From: Acidimicrobiales bacterium
GTDB taxonomy: Bacteria; Actinomycetota; Acidimicrobiia; Acidimicrobiales; Iamiaceae
Direction of reading: 5' to 3'
DNA: 64,000 nucleotides
Assembly (NCBI GenBank): GCA_038233335.1
Contig: JBBSME010000001.1
Span: 3,278-67,277, forward strand
Under the pieces are notes generated by a model. The model was not told the DNA's origin. It saw only the letters and a program-made list of their open reading frames with translations, and did not search any database. The position numbers were made by a program, and so were the translations under genes. Of the stretch, positions 10,429 to 19,903 are shown one piece after another (the stretch's first letter is position 1; each line of letters starts with the position of its first letter).

Positions 10429-12144
10429 TTACATGGTCTCGGCGAGGGAGACGTCGCCGGTGCCGCGGAGCAGGTTCTTCAGGAGCTTGCCGGAGGCGTT
10501 GCGGGGCAGGTGGTCGTCGACGATGTCGACGTAGGCCGGCACCTTGAAGTTGGCCAGCTCGGCCGCCACCCACTCCTGCACCTCGGCCTCGGTCAGGGTG
10601 GCCCCGGGCTCGACCTGGACCACCGCCTTGACCTCCTCGCCCAGGCTCGGGTGCTCGACCCCGATCACCGCGGCGTCGGCGATGGCCGGGTGCTCGACCA
10701 GGCGGTTCTCGATCTCCACGCAGTACACGTTCTCGCCACCCCGGATGATCATGTCCTTGGCCCGGTCGGTGATGAAGAGGAAGCCCTCCTCGTCGAGGTG
10801 GCCGACGTCGCCGGTGTGGAGCCAGCCGTCCTGGATGGCCTCGGCGGTGGCCTCGGGCTTGCCCCAGTAGCCGGGCATGATGATCGGGCCGCGGAGGCAC
10901 ACCTCGCCGGTGACGCCGGCGGGCGCGAACCCGCCGGCCCCGTCGTCGATGCGAACCTCGACCACGGGCATGGGCCGACCGACGGAGTCCGGCCTCTCCT
11001 CGACGTCGGAGGCGCCGAGGACCGTGGCCACCGACGAGGACTCGGTCAGCCCGTAGGCGTTGGAGGCGGCCTTCACGTTGGGGAACGTCTCGTGCACCTT
11101 GCGCTGGAGCTCACCGGCAGAGGGTGACCCGCCGAAGGCCATGATCGTGACCGTCGAGGTGTCGAAGTCGTGGCGGTCGGGGTGCTCGCACACCCGCCAG
11201 ACCATGGTGGGCACGGTCGCCCAGATCTTGACCTTCTCGGTCTCGATCAGACGGAGCACCTCGACCGGGTCGAACCGGCCCTCAGGCATGACCACGCGCA
11301 CGCCGCCGAGCAGGCTGACCACCAGGTTGGAGTGGCAGCCGGCCACGTGGAACAGCGGCGAGGTGAGGAGCCCCACCATCTGACCCCCGCCGCCGCCCAG
11401 GCCCGGGTCGGACGGGTCGGCGATGGAGCCGGCGATGGAGTTCATCACCGTGTTCTGGAGGTTGGCGACCATGCCCCGGTGGGTGGAGATGGCGCCCTTG
11501 GGCCGACCGGTGGTGCCCGAGGTGTAGAAGATCACCGCGGCATCGCCCTCGTCGATGGGAGTGGTCGGGGCCGGGGAGGGCCCGGCGTCGAGGTCGGAGA
11601 AGGGGTGGACGCGGTCGCCGCCGCCCACCTCGGCCGGCTCGGCGTCGGTGACGAAGACGGCCTCCACTCCGGGCAGTGCCCCCTCGGCCAGGACGTCGGC
11701 GATGCGGGCCAGGCGCTTGGCGTCGGCCACCAACACCCGGGACCCGGAGTCCTCCAGGCCATAGATGACCTCGTCGGTCTTCCACCACCCGTTCAGCCCG
11801 ACCAGCACGGCGCCCAGGCTGACGGTGGCCCAGAAGGTGAGGGCCCACTCCGGGGAGTTGGCGGCCAGGACGGCGACGCGGTCGCCGTGGCCCACCCCCC
11901 GCGCGGCCAGGCCGGCGGCGACAGCGTCGGCCTGGGTCTTGAAGTCGGCGAAGGAGATGCGACGATCGCCCTGGACCAGGTAGTCGGCGTCGCCGTGGCC
12001 CTCGGCCATGGACAGCACCTCCCGCAAGGAATCGAGGCGGGACTCGTAGACCCGCATCTCGATGCCGTCCACCTCCCCGGTGGTGACGGCGAAGGGACCT
12101 CCGGGAGCGGTGAGGGTGGCGACAGCCTCGGCGTGGGTGGGCAT
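10429..12144 (-). CDS. Acyl-CoA synthetase (class I adenylate-forming)
   Basis: YTSGTTGRPKG, YGLTE, TGD, DRAKD and SGK motifs. Confidence 0.93.
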   Translation of the reverse strand: MPTHAEAVATLTAPGGPFAVTTGEVDGIEMRVYESRLDSLREVLSMAEGHGDADYLVQGDRRISFADFKTQADAVAAGLAARGVGHGDRVAVLAANSPEWALTFWATVSLGAVLVGLNGWWKTDEVIYGLEDSGSRVLVADAKRLARIADVLAEGALPGVEAVFVTDAEPAEVGGGDRVHPFSDLDAGPSPAPTTPIDEGDAAVIFYTSGTTGRPKGAISTHRGMVANLQNTVMNSIAGSIADPSDPGLGGGGGQMVGLLTSPLFHVAGCHSNLVVSLLGGVRVVMPEGRFDPVEVLRLIETEKVKIWATVPTMVWRVCEHPDRHDFDTSTVTIMAFGGSPSAGELQRKVHETFPNVKAASNAYGLTESSSVATVLGASDVEERPDSVGRPMPVVEVRIDDGAGGFAPAGVTGEVCLRGPIIMPGYWGKPEATAEAIQDGWLHTGDVGHLDEEGFLFITDRAKDMIIRGGENVYCVEIENRLVEHPAIADAAVIGVEHPSLGEEVKAVVQVEPGATLTEAEVQEWVAAELANFKVPAYVDIVDDHLPRNASGKLLKNLLRGTGDVSLAETM

Positions 12145-12197
12145 CCCCCGAGTCTGGACCATCGCCGCCCCCGCCCGCTCCGGTCCGAGCTCCCGCC

Positions 12198-12306
12198 AAC
12201 TTTGAGCGCAAGTACGTCACATGCGGCGGATTCTGCTCAAAGTTGCGATGGCCCAGTCGAACTTTGAGCGCAAGTGCGTCACATGCGGCGGATTCTGCTC
12301 AAAGTT
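12198..12306. repeat. Tandem pair of 47-bp palindromic elements (AACTTTGAGC...GCTCAAAGTT)
   Basis: Copies at 12198-12244 and 12260-12306 with 1 mismatch and a 15-bp spacer. Confidence 0.9.
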
Positions 12307-12318
12307 GGGAGGTGGCGC

Positions 12319-13962
12319 TCAGCGGGGTGGGTCGAGGAGGACGCCGGGGTTCAGGATGCCGGCCGGGTCGAGGGCGGACTTGGCGGCCCGCAGGGCGGCG
12401 GCGAAGGGCTCGGGGCGCTGCCGGTCGTACCAGGGGCGGTGGTCGCGGCCGACGGCGTGGTGGTGGGTGATCGTGCCCCCGGCCGCGGCCAGGGCCTCCG
12501 AGACAGCCACCTTCACCTCGTCCCACTGGGCCACCTGGTCGCCCCACCGACCCTGGGCGTAGATGGAGAAGTAGGGGGCCGGACCGTCGGGGTAGACGTG
12601 GGTGAAGCGACACGTCACCACGCCCACGCCGCAGACGTCCGCCACCGCGGCCTGGGCCGCCTCGGTGACCGCGGCGTGGAGCGCGTCGAAGCGATCCCAC
12701 GTGCAAGCCGTCTCGAAGGTCTCGACGATGAGCCCCATGCGGGCCAGGGCGTCGCGCGTGTAGGGCGCCCGGAGGAACGTGGAGCGCCACTCCCCCGCCG
12801 CCCCCTCGCGGGTGGCCCCGCCCTCGTCCGAGCCGGCGGCCCCCTCCGGCGGACCGGCGTCGGACAGCCGGGGGCCCTCGGGGGCGTCCCCACCGTGGTC
12901 GCGGCACAGCTCCATGGCCCGGTCGAGCCAGGGGCCCACCGGGTGGTCGGCCGATTCGAAGCCCAGCACCAGCAGGGCCCCGACGCCGGACACGCCGGAG
13001 GTGAGCGCGGCCTCGGTTCCATCGAGCAGTCGGCAGTTCGACGGCATCAGGCCCGACTGGGAGAGGGCCCGGACCGCGGTCACGCCCTCGGTCCAGGTGG
13101 CGAAGTGCACCGACGCCCCTCCCCGCCAGCGGGGCCGCACCTGGAGTCGGACCCAGGCCTCGGTGACGATGCCCAGAGTGCCCTCGGAGCCGAGCAGCAT
13201 CCGATCCGGGGACGGTCCAGCGCCGGAGCCCGGGAGCCGCCGCGAGTCCGTGGTGCCGGCCGGGGTCACGGCCCGGATCGACTCCACCAGGTCGTCGATG
13301 TGGGTGTAGCCGGTGGCGAAGTGACCCCCGGCCCGCGTGGCGATCCACCCCCCGAGGGTGGAGAACTCGAACGACTGCGGGAAGTGGCGCAGGCTCCAGC
13401 CGTCCGGGCGGAGCTGGTCCTCGAGCACGGGGCCGAGGGCCCCGGCCTGGATGCGGGCCGCCCGGCTGGTGGGATCGACCTCCAGCACCCGGTCCATGGC
13501 CGTGAGGTCGAGGGAGACCACGCCCGGGTAGCCCTCGCCGACCCGGGCCTCGATGCCGCCGACGACCGAGGAGCCGCCGCCGTAGGGGATGGCGGCCACC
13601 CCGGCCCCGGCGCACCAGTCGAGCAGGGCGACCACGTCGGCCTCGGTGCGGGGCCGAGCCACGACGTCGGGCGGGTCGTCGAGCCGACCGAGCAGGTTGC
13701 GGGCCACGTCCCGATAGGCCTTGCCGTGGGTGTGGGCCGCCCGCTCGTCGGGGTCGGTGGAGCACAGGGGAGCCAAGGTCGACGGGGGCACCACGCGCGG
13801 CGGGCGGAGGGTGAGGTCCGAGACGGCCGGCGGTGGGTGGTCGGCGTCGGGCGTGAAGCCGAACCCGGCCATGGCCCGAGCCAGGGCCTCGCGCTCGGAC
13901 ACTTCGGCGGATGCGTCCTCCCACCCCCAGCCCCACCAGGACCGACGTCGTGCCCCCGCCAT
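12319..13962 (-). CDS. FAD-binding oxidoreductase, alkyl-DHAP synthase-like (VAO/PCMH family)
   Basis: PYGGGSSV, HFPQSFEFSTLGGWIATR, GSEGTLG, HHHAVG and LDPxxILNPG motifs; ATG overlaps the upstream TGA. Confidence 0.9.
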   Translation of the reverse strand: MAGARRRSWWGWGWEDASAEVSEREALARAMAGFGFTPDADHPPPAVSDLTLRPPRVVPPSTLAPLCSTDPDERAAHTHGKAYRDVARNLLGRLDDPPDVVARPRTEADVVALLDWCAGAGVAAIPYGGGSSVVGGIEARVGEGYPGVVSLDLTAMDRVLEVDPTSRAARIQAGALGPVLEDQLRPDGWSLRHFPQSFEFSTLGGWIATRAGGHFATGYTHIDDLVESIRAVTPAGTTDSRRLPGSGAGPSPDRMLLGSEGTLGIVTEAWVRLQVRPRWRGGASVHFATWTEGVTAVRALSQSGLMPSNCRLLDGTEAALTSGVSGVGALLVLGFESADHPVGPWLDRAMELCRDHGGDAPEGPRLSDAGPPEGAAGSDEGGATREGAAGEWRSTFLRAPYTRDALARMGLIVETFETACTWDRFDALHAAVTEAAQAAVADVCGVGVVTCRFTHVYPDGPAPYFSIYAQGRWGDQVAQWDEVKVAVSEALAAAGGTITHHHAVGRDHRPWYDRQRPEPFAAALRAAKSALDPAGILNPGVLLDPPR

Positions 13963-15824
13963 CAGCGGGCCACCTCGGCGGCGATGCCCCGGGCCGCCCG
14001 CCGACGCACGGCCCGCTCGTCGCGCCGGGCCGCCGTCGTCTCGCCGGTCTCGTCTCGGAGCCGGACCATGGCCTCGGCGTCGGCATCGAGGACCGTCGGG
14101 GTGCGGCCCCGACCGGCGACGTCGATGCGGAGGGTGGCCAACCTCGCCCGGCGTTGGAGCGGGGACGAGACCAGGCCGGTGCTCTGCACCTTGGCCACCG
14201 GCACCAGTGACGTCTCCCGGGTCAGGCCACCCCGCCGGGCGACGAGGTGCTCGTCGACGCTGGCCCAGCCGAGGCCCCGGTAGGCCAGCTCGCCACCCAC
14301 CATGGCCACCGGGATGAGCAGGAGCGCGAGCAGGCCGACGGGTGGGACCAGCAGGGCCACCGGCACGCCGACGAGCAGGCTCGGCACCACCCGGCGCACC
14401 CAGGCGCGACGGCGGGCGGCCGGGGGCGCGGGCTGGAGGCGAGGGAGCGGAGGAGCGTCGGGGAGGACCTCGCCCAGGAGGGCGTTCAGCTGCGAGGACG
14501 AGAGGACGGGCACGGTGACCTGCGAGTCCTGCTTCTCGACCTGGCCCGACCCGCCCGCGCTCTGGAGGGTGACCGACACCAGCCCCAGCATGCGTCGCAG
14601 CACGTTCTGGTGGATCCGGACCACCTGCACCCGGTGGATGGCCAGGCTGGCCTGGCGCTGGTCGAGCAGGCCCCGGCTCACGTGGAGCCCGTCGCCCCGA
14701 CGGGTGAGGCGGAACCCGCCGTCGGCCAGCACCGCGGCGCCGGCCGCCACCGCGAGGACAACAGGGACGGCGAGCAGCGCCAGCACCGCCACCGTGGCCA
14801 GGGGGAAGCGGGCGCCGTCGGCGAGGGAGTCCGCAGCCTGGTTCCGGAGGCCGCCAGGGAGGTCGTTGACCAGGCCGAAGAGGGCACCGGCGGCGACGAA
14901 GACCATGGCCAGCTTCGAGCCGGTGACCCCTCCGAGGGCCAAGCGACCCGGGCTGAGGGCCAGGACCTCCCGCTCCGGCTCGGCCGCCGTGGGCGAGGCG
15001 CCACCGCCCGCGGCGACACCCGACGGGCCGATGGGGTCGGGGCCGGCGCGGTCGACCTCGGGCAACGGGTCGGCCGTCGGAGTGGGCCGGTCGGAGAGCG
15101 CGGCCCGCAGCTCCTCGGCCTCGGCGGCGGTCAGGGCATCGAGGGTCACCTCGTGGTCGTTGCCGGCACCCGCGGTGTCGATGCGCACCACGGCCAGGCC
15201 GAAGGCGCGGTGGCGGAGCTTCCGCTGGAGGTCGACCTGCTGAACCCGGTCGAGGGGGACGACCCGGCGGGTCCGGTTGAGGATCCCGCCCTCGGTGACG
15301 AGGGAGGTGGCGTCGACCTCGTAGGTGAACCGGGACCAGGCCACGTACCGGACTGCGGTGGTGAGGACTGCGAGCAGGCCCAGGAGGGTCAGGCCGACGG
15401 GGTTGCCACCCGACACGATCAGGGCGAACAACCCGAAGCGGGCCACGTCGAGCACCGGCGAGAGGACGTGGAGCCGGCGCGGGCCCGATCCCACCACCGC
15501 GGCCGGGGCGCCGGCCCACGCGCGGCGCGGATCACCCTCCCACCCCGTGGCAGCCGGCCCGGGGGACGGATCCGGGGGTCCGGGAGAGTACGAGGCGGGG
15601 CCATGGGGCGGGGGCGGTGATCCCCAGGCCCCGGGGGACGGCGGAGGTGCGGGCCCCCAGCCCTCCGGCGCCGGCGGTGGGGCGACAGGCGGTCCCCAGG
15701 GTCCTGGGGGCGGTGCGGACGGGGGCGCCACCGGCCACTGCTCGGGAGGTCCCGACGGTGGGCGAGGAGGCGCGGCGCTCGGCCACTCCGACGGTGGGAC
15801 CCCGGGGGCCGACCTCTCAGACAC
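13962..15824 (-). CDS. YdbT-like bacterial PH-domain membrane protein with Pro-rich N-terminus
   Basis: Three bPH_2-like repeats (RVQQVDL, RVQVVRI, KVQS) and TM segments; start inferred from overlap. Confidence 0.85.
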   Translation of the reverse strand: MSERSAPGVPPSEWPSAAPPRPPSGPPEQWPVAPPSAPPPGPWGPPVAPPPAPEGWGPAPPPSPGAWGSPPPPHGPASYSPGPPDPSPGPAATGWEGDPRRAWAGAPAAVVGSGPRRLHVLSPVLDVARFGLFALIVSGGNPVGLTLLGLLAVLTTAVRYVAWSRFTYEVDATSLVTEGGILNRTRRVVPLDRVQQVDLQRKLRHRAFGLAVVRIDTAGAGNDHEVTLDALTAAEAEELRAALSDRPTPTADPLPEVDRAGPDPIGPSGVAAGGGASPTAAEPEREVLALSPGRLALGGVTGSKLAMVFVAAGALFGLVNDLPGGLRNQAADSLADGARFPLATVAVLALLAVPVVLAVAAGAAVLADGGFRLTRRGDGLHVSRGLLDQRQASLAIHRVQVVRIHQNVLRRMLGLVSVTLQSAGGSGQVEKQDSQVTVPVLSSSQLNALLGEVLPDAPPLPRLQPAPPAARRRAWVRRVVPSLLVGVPVALLVPPVGLLALLLIPVAMVGGELAYRGLGWASVDEHLVARRGGLTRETSLVPVAKVQSTGLVSSPLQRRARLATLRIDVAGRGRTPTVLDADAEAMVRLRDETGETTAARRDERAVRRRAARGIAAEVAR

Positions 15825-16281
15825 CGTCGTCAGCCGCAACGCGCCCGAGGAGCTGGCGGCGGATGGCCTCGGCCCGGTCGGCCTCGATGCCGGGCAGGGT
15901 GCCGTCGCTGGCCGAGGAAGCGGTGGTGATCTGTAGGCTGACCAGGTCGAAGGCCCGTTCCAGTGGCCCCTGGCGCACGTCGATCTGCTGGACCCGGAAG
16001 GTGGGAATGGCTGACTCCACCCGCAGCACGACGCCGTGGCAGACCTCGAGGCCTTCGTCGGTGAGCTCCCACCGCCAGCGGGCGTAGTGGAGGCGGGGGC
16101 CGACCACAGCCAGGACGGCCACCAGCACCACGGCGGCCGCGGCCGCGGCGGTGACCGCGGGCTGGGCCACCACCAACGCCAACACCATGGCCACGAGGAC
16201 GGCGAACAGGAGCCAGCCGGCCCAGATCAGGTGCCACATGCTGCGCGCCCGCGGGCTCAGCTGCTGCGGGCCGGTCCTCAT
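15817..16281 (-). CDS. YdbS-like bacterial PH-domain membrane protein
   Basis: Two TM segments then RVQQIDVRQGPLER; ATGA overlap with upstream gene. Confidence 0.88.
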   Translation of the reverse strand: MRTGPQQLSPRARSMWHLIWAGWLLFAVLVAMVLALVVAQPAVTAAAAAAVVLVAVLAVVGPRLHYARWRWELTDEGLEVCHGVVLRVESAIPTFRVQQIDVRQGPLERAFDLVSLQITTASSASDGTLPGIEADRAEAIRRQLLGRVAADDGV

Positions 16282-17372
16282 GTCGCCTCCTCCGCGCCGA
16301 GCACGGCCTCCACCCCGGCGGCGAAGCGCTCCACGTCCTCGTCGGTGGTGGAGAAGCTGGTCATCCACCGCACCTGGGAGCGCTCCACGTCCCAGGGCCA
16401 GAAGAACGACCAGGCCTGGAGCGGTGCGATGGCGGCCGGGGGCAGGGTGGCGAAGACCGAGTTGACCTCTGGGGGCCGAGCCAGGCCCGCCCCCGGGATC
16501 TCGGCGGTGCGCTGGGCCAGGACGGCAGCCATGGCGTTGGCGTGACGGGCGTGGCCCAGCCACCGGTCGCTCTCCAGCAGGGCGGAGATCTGGGCGGCCA
16601 CGAAGCGGGCCTTGGAGGGGAGCTGGCCGGCCTGCTTGCGGATGAACCGGGCCGCGCCCGCCCGCTCGGCGTCGAGCACCATGACCGCCTCGCCGTACAT
16701 GGCGCCGTCCTTGGTGAGCCCGAAGGTGAGGACGTCGACGCCGGTGTCGCGGACCATGGTCGCCAGATCCGTGTCGGCGGCGACGAGGGCGTTGGCGATG
16801 CGGGCTCCGTCGAGGTGCACGACCATTTCGTGGGCATGGGCGACCTCGGCCAGGGCCGCGATCTCCTCGACCGAGTAGACGGTGCCCATCTCGGTGGCCT
16901 GGCTGATGGAGAGGGCGCCCGGCTGGGGGTGGTGCTCGGTGCCCAGCCAGTGGAGGTAAGGGGTCAGGGCGTCAGGCCGCAGCTTGCCCTCGACCTCGGG
17001 GACGGTGGTGATGGTGGCCCCGGTGAAACGGGCCGGCGCGCCGCACTCGTCCACCACGATGTGGGCCGAGTCGACGCAGATGATGGACTGCCAGGGCTGG
17101 ACCATCGTGGCCAGGCCGACCACGTTGGCGCCGGTGCCACCCCAGCACAGGAGGACCTCGGCCGGCGCCCCGACGAGGTCGCGCAGGGACTCGATGGCGG
17201 CCTCGGTCCAGCGGTCCTGCCCGTAGGCCAGGGCCGGCCCGGCGTTGGCGGCGGCCAGGGCATCCATGACCTCGGGGGCAACACCCGCGGCGTTGTCGCT
17301 GGCGAAGCTGCCCTCCGGGGGCGGTGGGAGCCCGTCGGCGACCGACGGGGCGATAGGAGCGGCCGCGGTCAC
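16278..17372 (-). CDS. ltaE: Low-specificity L-threonine aldolase
   Basis: FASDN, YG, GTGAN, HLDGAR and FGLTKDG (PLP lysine) motifs. Confidence 0.88.
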   Translation of the reverse strand: MTAAAPIAPSVADGLPPPPEGSFASDNAAGVAPEVMDALAAANAGPALAYGQDRWTEAAIESLRDLVGAPAEVLLCWGGTGANVVGLATMVQPWQSIICVDSAHIVVDECGAPARFTGATITTVPEVEGKLRPDALTPYLHWLGTEHHPQPGALSISQATEMGTVYSVEEIAALAEVAHAHEMVVHLDGARIANALVAADTDLATMVRDTGVDVLTFGLTKDGAMYGEAVMVLDAERAGAARFIRKQAGQLPSKARFVAAQISALLESDRWLGHARHANAMAAVLAQRTAEIPGAGLARPPEVNSVFATLPPAAIAPLQAWSFFWPWDVERSQVRWMTSFSTTDEDVERFAAGVEAVLGAEEAT

Positions 17373-17403
17373 CCCTCCACCCTACGGAGAAGGTTGGGTT
17401 GGC

Positions 17404-17440
17404 CGGGCCGCCCCCCGACATCGCGCCGGGGGGCGGCCCG
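17404..17440. terminator. GC-rich hairpin (14-bp stem)
   Basis: CGGGCCGCCCCCCG / CGGGGGGCGGCCCG with a 9-nt loop at the far end of the island. Confidence 0.6.
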
Positions 17441-17453
17441 CTCGCAGGGTGGC

Positions 17454-18040
17454 TCACGCCTCACACCGCGCACCTTGGCCTCCGTCCTGGCGCATGTCCA
17501 GGTCGGCAGCAAGCGCGGCCATGCCGTTCCACACCTGGAGCTCCACCCGCGCCAAGGCGCGCCCGAGGTCGACCCAGGCCTTGGATCCGGGGCGGTCCTT
17601 GGGCCGGAGGTGCAGGACCACGTGCAGCGCCCGGACCGGCACCGATGGGACGTCCACGGCGTGACCGAAGACCTCGATCCGCTCGCGGTCGCAGGCCACG
17701 GCCGACCAGACCCGTTCCGGTGGCAGTGCTCGGTGCCGTGCAGGCATCGGTGGACGTCGATGGCTCCGTGGTCGCGGTCGCGGAACCAGGTGTCGGCGTG
17801 CGGCGCCGGGGCGTCGCGGACCAACGGCGGCACCTCGGGGACCGGCGCGAAACCGAGGTCGGCGAGCACCGCGCGTGCCGGGCCCAGGTCGCCGGGCGCG
17901 ATCATGGGGCCGGCATCGGCGTAGGTCCGCTCGGTCGGGTGGTCGTAGAGCCATCGGGCAACGGCCGGGCCCTTGAGCAGGATCGGGTCCACATCTCGGC
18001 TCCCCTGTGACCTCAGCCGGGTGAAGGCAGCGCTCGGCGG
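17454..18040 (-). pseudogene. Nucleotidyltransferase-family (NTP_transf_5-like) remnant, frameshifted near 17725
   Basis: ILLKG...LY...R, then IDVH in one frame; continues PPERVW...LHVVLH in another frame. Confidence 0.7.
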
Positions 18041-18134
18041 GGTTCGCCGACCTGCAGAGACCCAGATCATCGCAGGTCAGCGGCACTTTCTGTGTCGTCG
18101 CGTCACAGCCCGTGCCACCCTGTTTCGCACCGTT

Positions 18135-18156
18135 CGCGGGTTTTCCGCGGGTTTTC
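18135..18156 (+). repeat. 22-bp direct repeat CGCGGGTTTTCCGCGGGTTTTC, copy 1 (integrase arm-type-like)
   Basis: Identical to 24105-24126; itself a 2x11 tandem. Confidence 0.85.
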
Positions 18157-18367
18157 AGGCCCGGGCGAGCAGGCCCCGGTGCGACTCGACGGAGCCCGCG
18201 AGCACCATGAGCTCGACGTTGCCCTCAGCGTCGGTGAGGTCGACGGTCTCGGCCTGGTCCGTGCTGTCCTCGGCTCCGGAGTCGTCGTCGCCGTCACCTC
18301 CGCCGCCGCATCCGGCCATGGTCATTGCCACCAGCGCGACGATGGTCAGACGGATCGTGGTCTTCAT
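18155..18367 (-). CDS. Small lipoprotein, probably truncated at the repeat
   Basis: Signal peptide with MAGC lipobox and GGAGAGG RBS; stop codon falls in the 22-bp repeat. Confidence 0.6.
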   Translation of the reverse strand: MKTTIRLTIVALVAMTMAGCGGGGDGDDDSGAEDSTDQAETVDLTDAEGNVELMVLAGSVESHRGLLARA

Positions 18368-18439
18368 GGGTCCTCTCCCAGGGTTGGTCTCGTTGCCGGA
18401 CCGTTGACGGCCAAGGTCCTCGGCGACCGTGTCGCCTTC

Positions 18440-18799
18440 CTAGCTCGGCCAGCGGATGCGGATGAGTCGCTCGGTCACGACGACGACGCAGCCGGTGAGG
18501 TCGTCGAGGTCGTGGTTCTGGGCGAGGTCGCGGAGGACGATCACGACGTTGTCGGGCTGTTGATCTGCCAGTCGGAGGAGGATGACGCCGCGATGGGAGC
18601 CAGCCGGGTAGGCCCGAGGGTCGCCGAAACCGAGGTCGAAGGTGACCAAGGCACGGTCGTCGGCGACGGCTCCGGCGAGGACGTCGGGATCGGGATGACC
18701 GACCAGACCCTCACTGGCAACGGTGTCGACATCGTGTCCGAGGTCGGCCAACGCTCGGCCGGCAACGACGCTGATGTTCTCGTCGAGCTTGAGCCTCAC
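18440..18799 (-). CDS. DUF5615/PIN-like toxin
   Basis: VRLKLDEN...GHDV...D...LVTFDLGF motif; GTGA overlap with the antitoxin. Confidence 0.85.
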   Translation of the reverse strand: MRLKLDENISVVAGRALADLGHDVDTVASEGLVGHPDPDVLAGAVADDRALVTFDLGFGDPRAYPAGSHRGVILLRLADQQPDNVVIVLRDLAQNHDLDDLTGCVVVVTERLIRIRWPS

Positions 18800-19032
18800 G
18801 TGGGGGTGAGTGGTCGGATCTCCTGCTTGGCCAACCACGCCCCGTAGGCCGCCGCCGCCCGGACGCCGTCGACTGTGAGCGTCGGGTAGTGCTCGACGAT
18901 GGTCGCAGCATCGAGACCCGCGGCCAGCGCGTCCAGGACGACGGTGACCAGGACACGGGTCCCCCTGATGCACGGCTGGCCGTGACCCACCGCAGGATCG
19001 ATGGAAATCAACTCCAACAGGTCATCGGCCAT
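18796..19032 (-). CDS. DUF433 antitoxin
   Basis: ISIDPAVGHGQPCIRGTRV...YPTL...VRAA motif. Confidence 0.9.
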   Translation of the reverse strand: MADDLLELISIDPAVGHGQPCIRGTRVLVTVVLDALAAGLDAATIVEHYPTLTVDGVRAAAAYGAWLAKQEIRPLTPT

Positions 19033-19453
19033 GCCCGCCAGTATCCCACGCTCCACGACGGCCGGTTGGGGTGGAAGGCGTCTGACACCTCCTCGACCGC
19101 GACGCAGGTGTCTGGCCTGGGGGTCCGAGGCATGATGGCCACGTGGCCCAGCAACGTCGCATCGTCGAAGGTGAGATGTTCGGCGCTCCGGTGCCCGGCC
19201 GATGGCCAGGCGGTCGTGAGCCAACCGACGACGATGCCAGCGCCGACGGCGAGAAGCCAAGGCGACGGATCGCCGCCCTGAAGACCATCGCACGCTCGCT
19301 TCGACCGGGGCACTGACCGCCCGACCCGAGACGGCACCGCCTGCCCGCCGGACACCCTGTCGATCTCGGGCGAGACTCAAGGCGAGTCACCCGCACCAGG
19401 AGCCACCGATGACCGGGCTTTGCGGGGCCGCCTCTCCCACATGGCAGAGATCG

Positions 19454-19768
19454 TCAACCGACGGGCCAGGGTGGTTCCTGTCCCTCCTCGACCGGAGGTT
19501 CGTAGACCGAGGTCAGGTACTGAAGGGCGTCGGGACCGACCGGCATTGCCGCACGGGAGTCCTCGGCCGACCGACGGGCGAGCCGTTGCAACAGGGTCGC
19601 CTCGTCGGCCTCGAAGCTGACGAGACGCCAACATCCGCCGGTGCGCTCGACCGACAGCTTCCAGCCGTCGCGCTCCGTCCGTGTGCCGAGCCCGTCGTCG
19701 AGCACCACCGACGAACCCGACCCCAGCAAGGCGACCACCTCCGATCGCGCTTCGGCGACGACGGGCAC
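19454..19768 (-). CDS. Hypothetical protein or gene fragment
   Basis: Protein-like composition only. Confidence 0.3.
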   Translation of the reverse strand: MPVVAEARSEVVALLGSGSSVVLDDGLGTRTERDGWKLSVERTGGCWRLVSFEADEATLLQRLARRSAEDSRAAMPVGPDALQYLTSVYEPPVEEGQEPPWPVG

Positions 19769-19865
19769 GAGCCCCCGCTCCCGGTCCCGGCGGTCGTCCC
19801 GCTCAGGGTCCCTGCTGACGGTTCCGGTCCACTGTGGGGCAGGTCAGCGGGAGTGCCTGCTGCGC

Positions 19866-19903
19866 TTGACAACGCACACATGTACATAGGAGCATGCTCA
19901 CAT
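19866..19903 (+). promoter_or_regulatory. Putative promoter/operator of the ArsR gene
   Basis: TTGACA at 19866 followed by AT-rich palindromes (ACATGT, GAGCATGCTC). Confidence 0.5.

Noticed and set aside
12198-12306. CRISPR array
   Set aside because: Only two 47-bp units, a 15-bp spacer and no cas genes; fits a palindromic repeat doublet
12191-12310. Integron attC sites (AAC...GTT ends)
   Set aside because: No integrase and no cassette array; match to RYYYAAC/GTTRRRY is only partial
13963-15519. N-terminal extension making a 1066-aa FAD protein
   Set aside because: Arg/Pro/Gly-rich off-frame read of ydbT; the true start at 13962 is translationally coupled
17454-18367. Lasso-peptide/RiPP cluster suggested by the nucleotidyltransferase
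   Set aside because: No cyclase, B protein, PqqD-like gene or precursor is visible
19040-19450. Possible ORFs between the TA pair and ArsR
   Set aside because: No motifs or consistent codon bias; likely decayed island DNA
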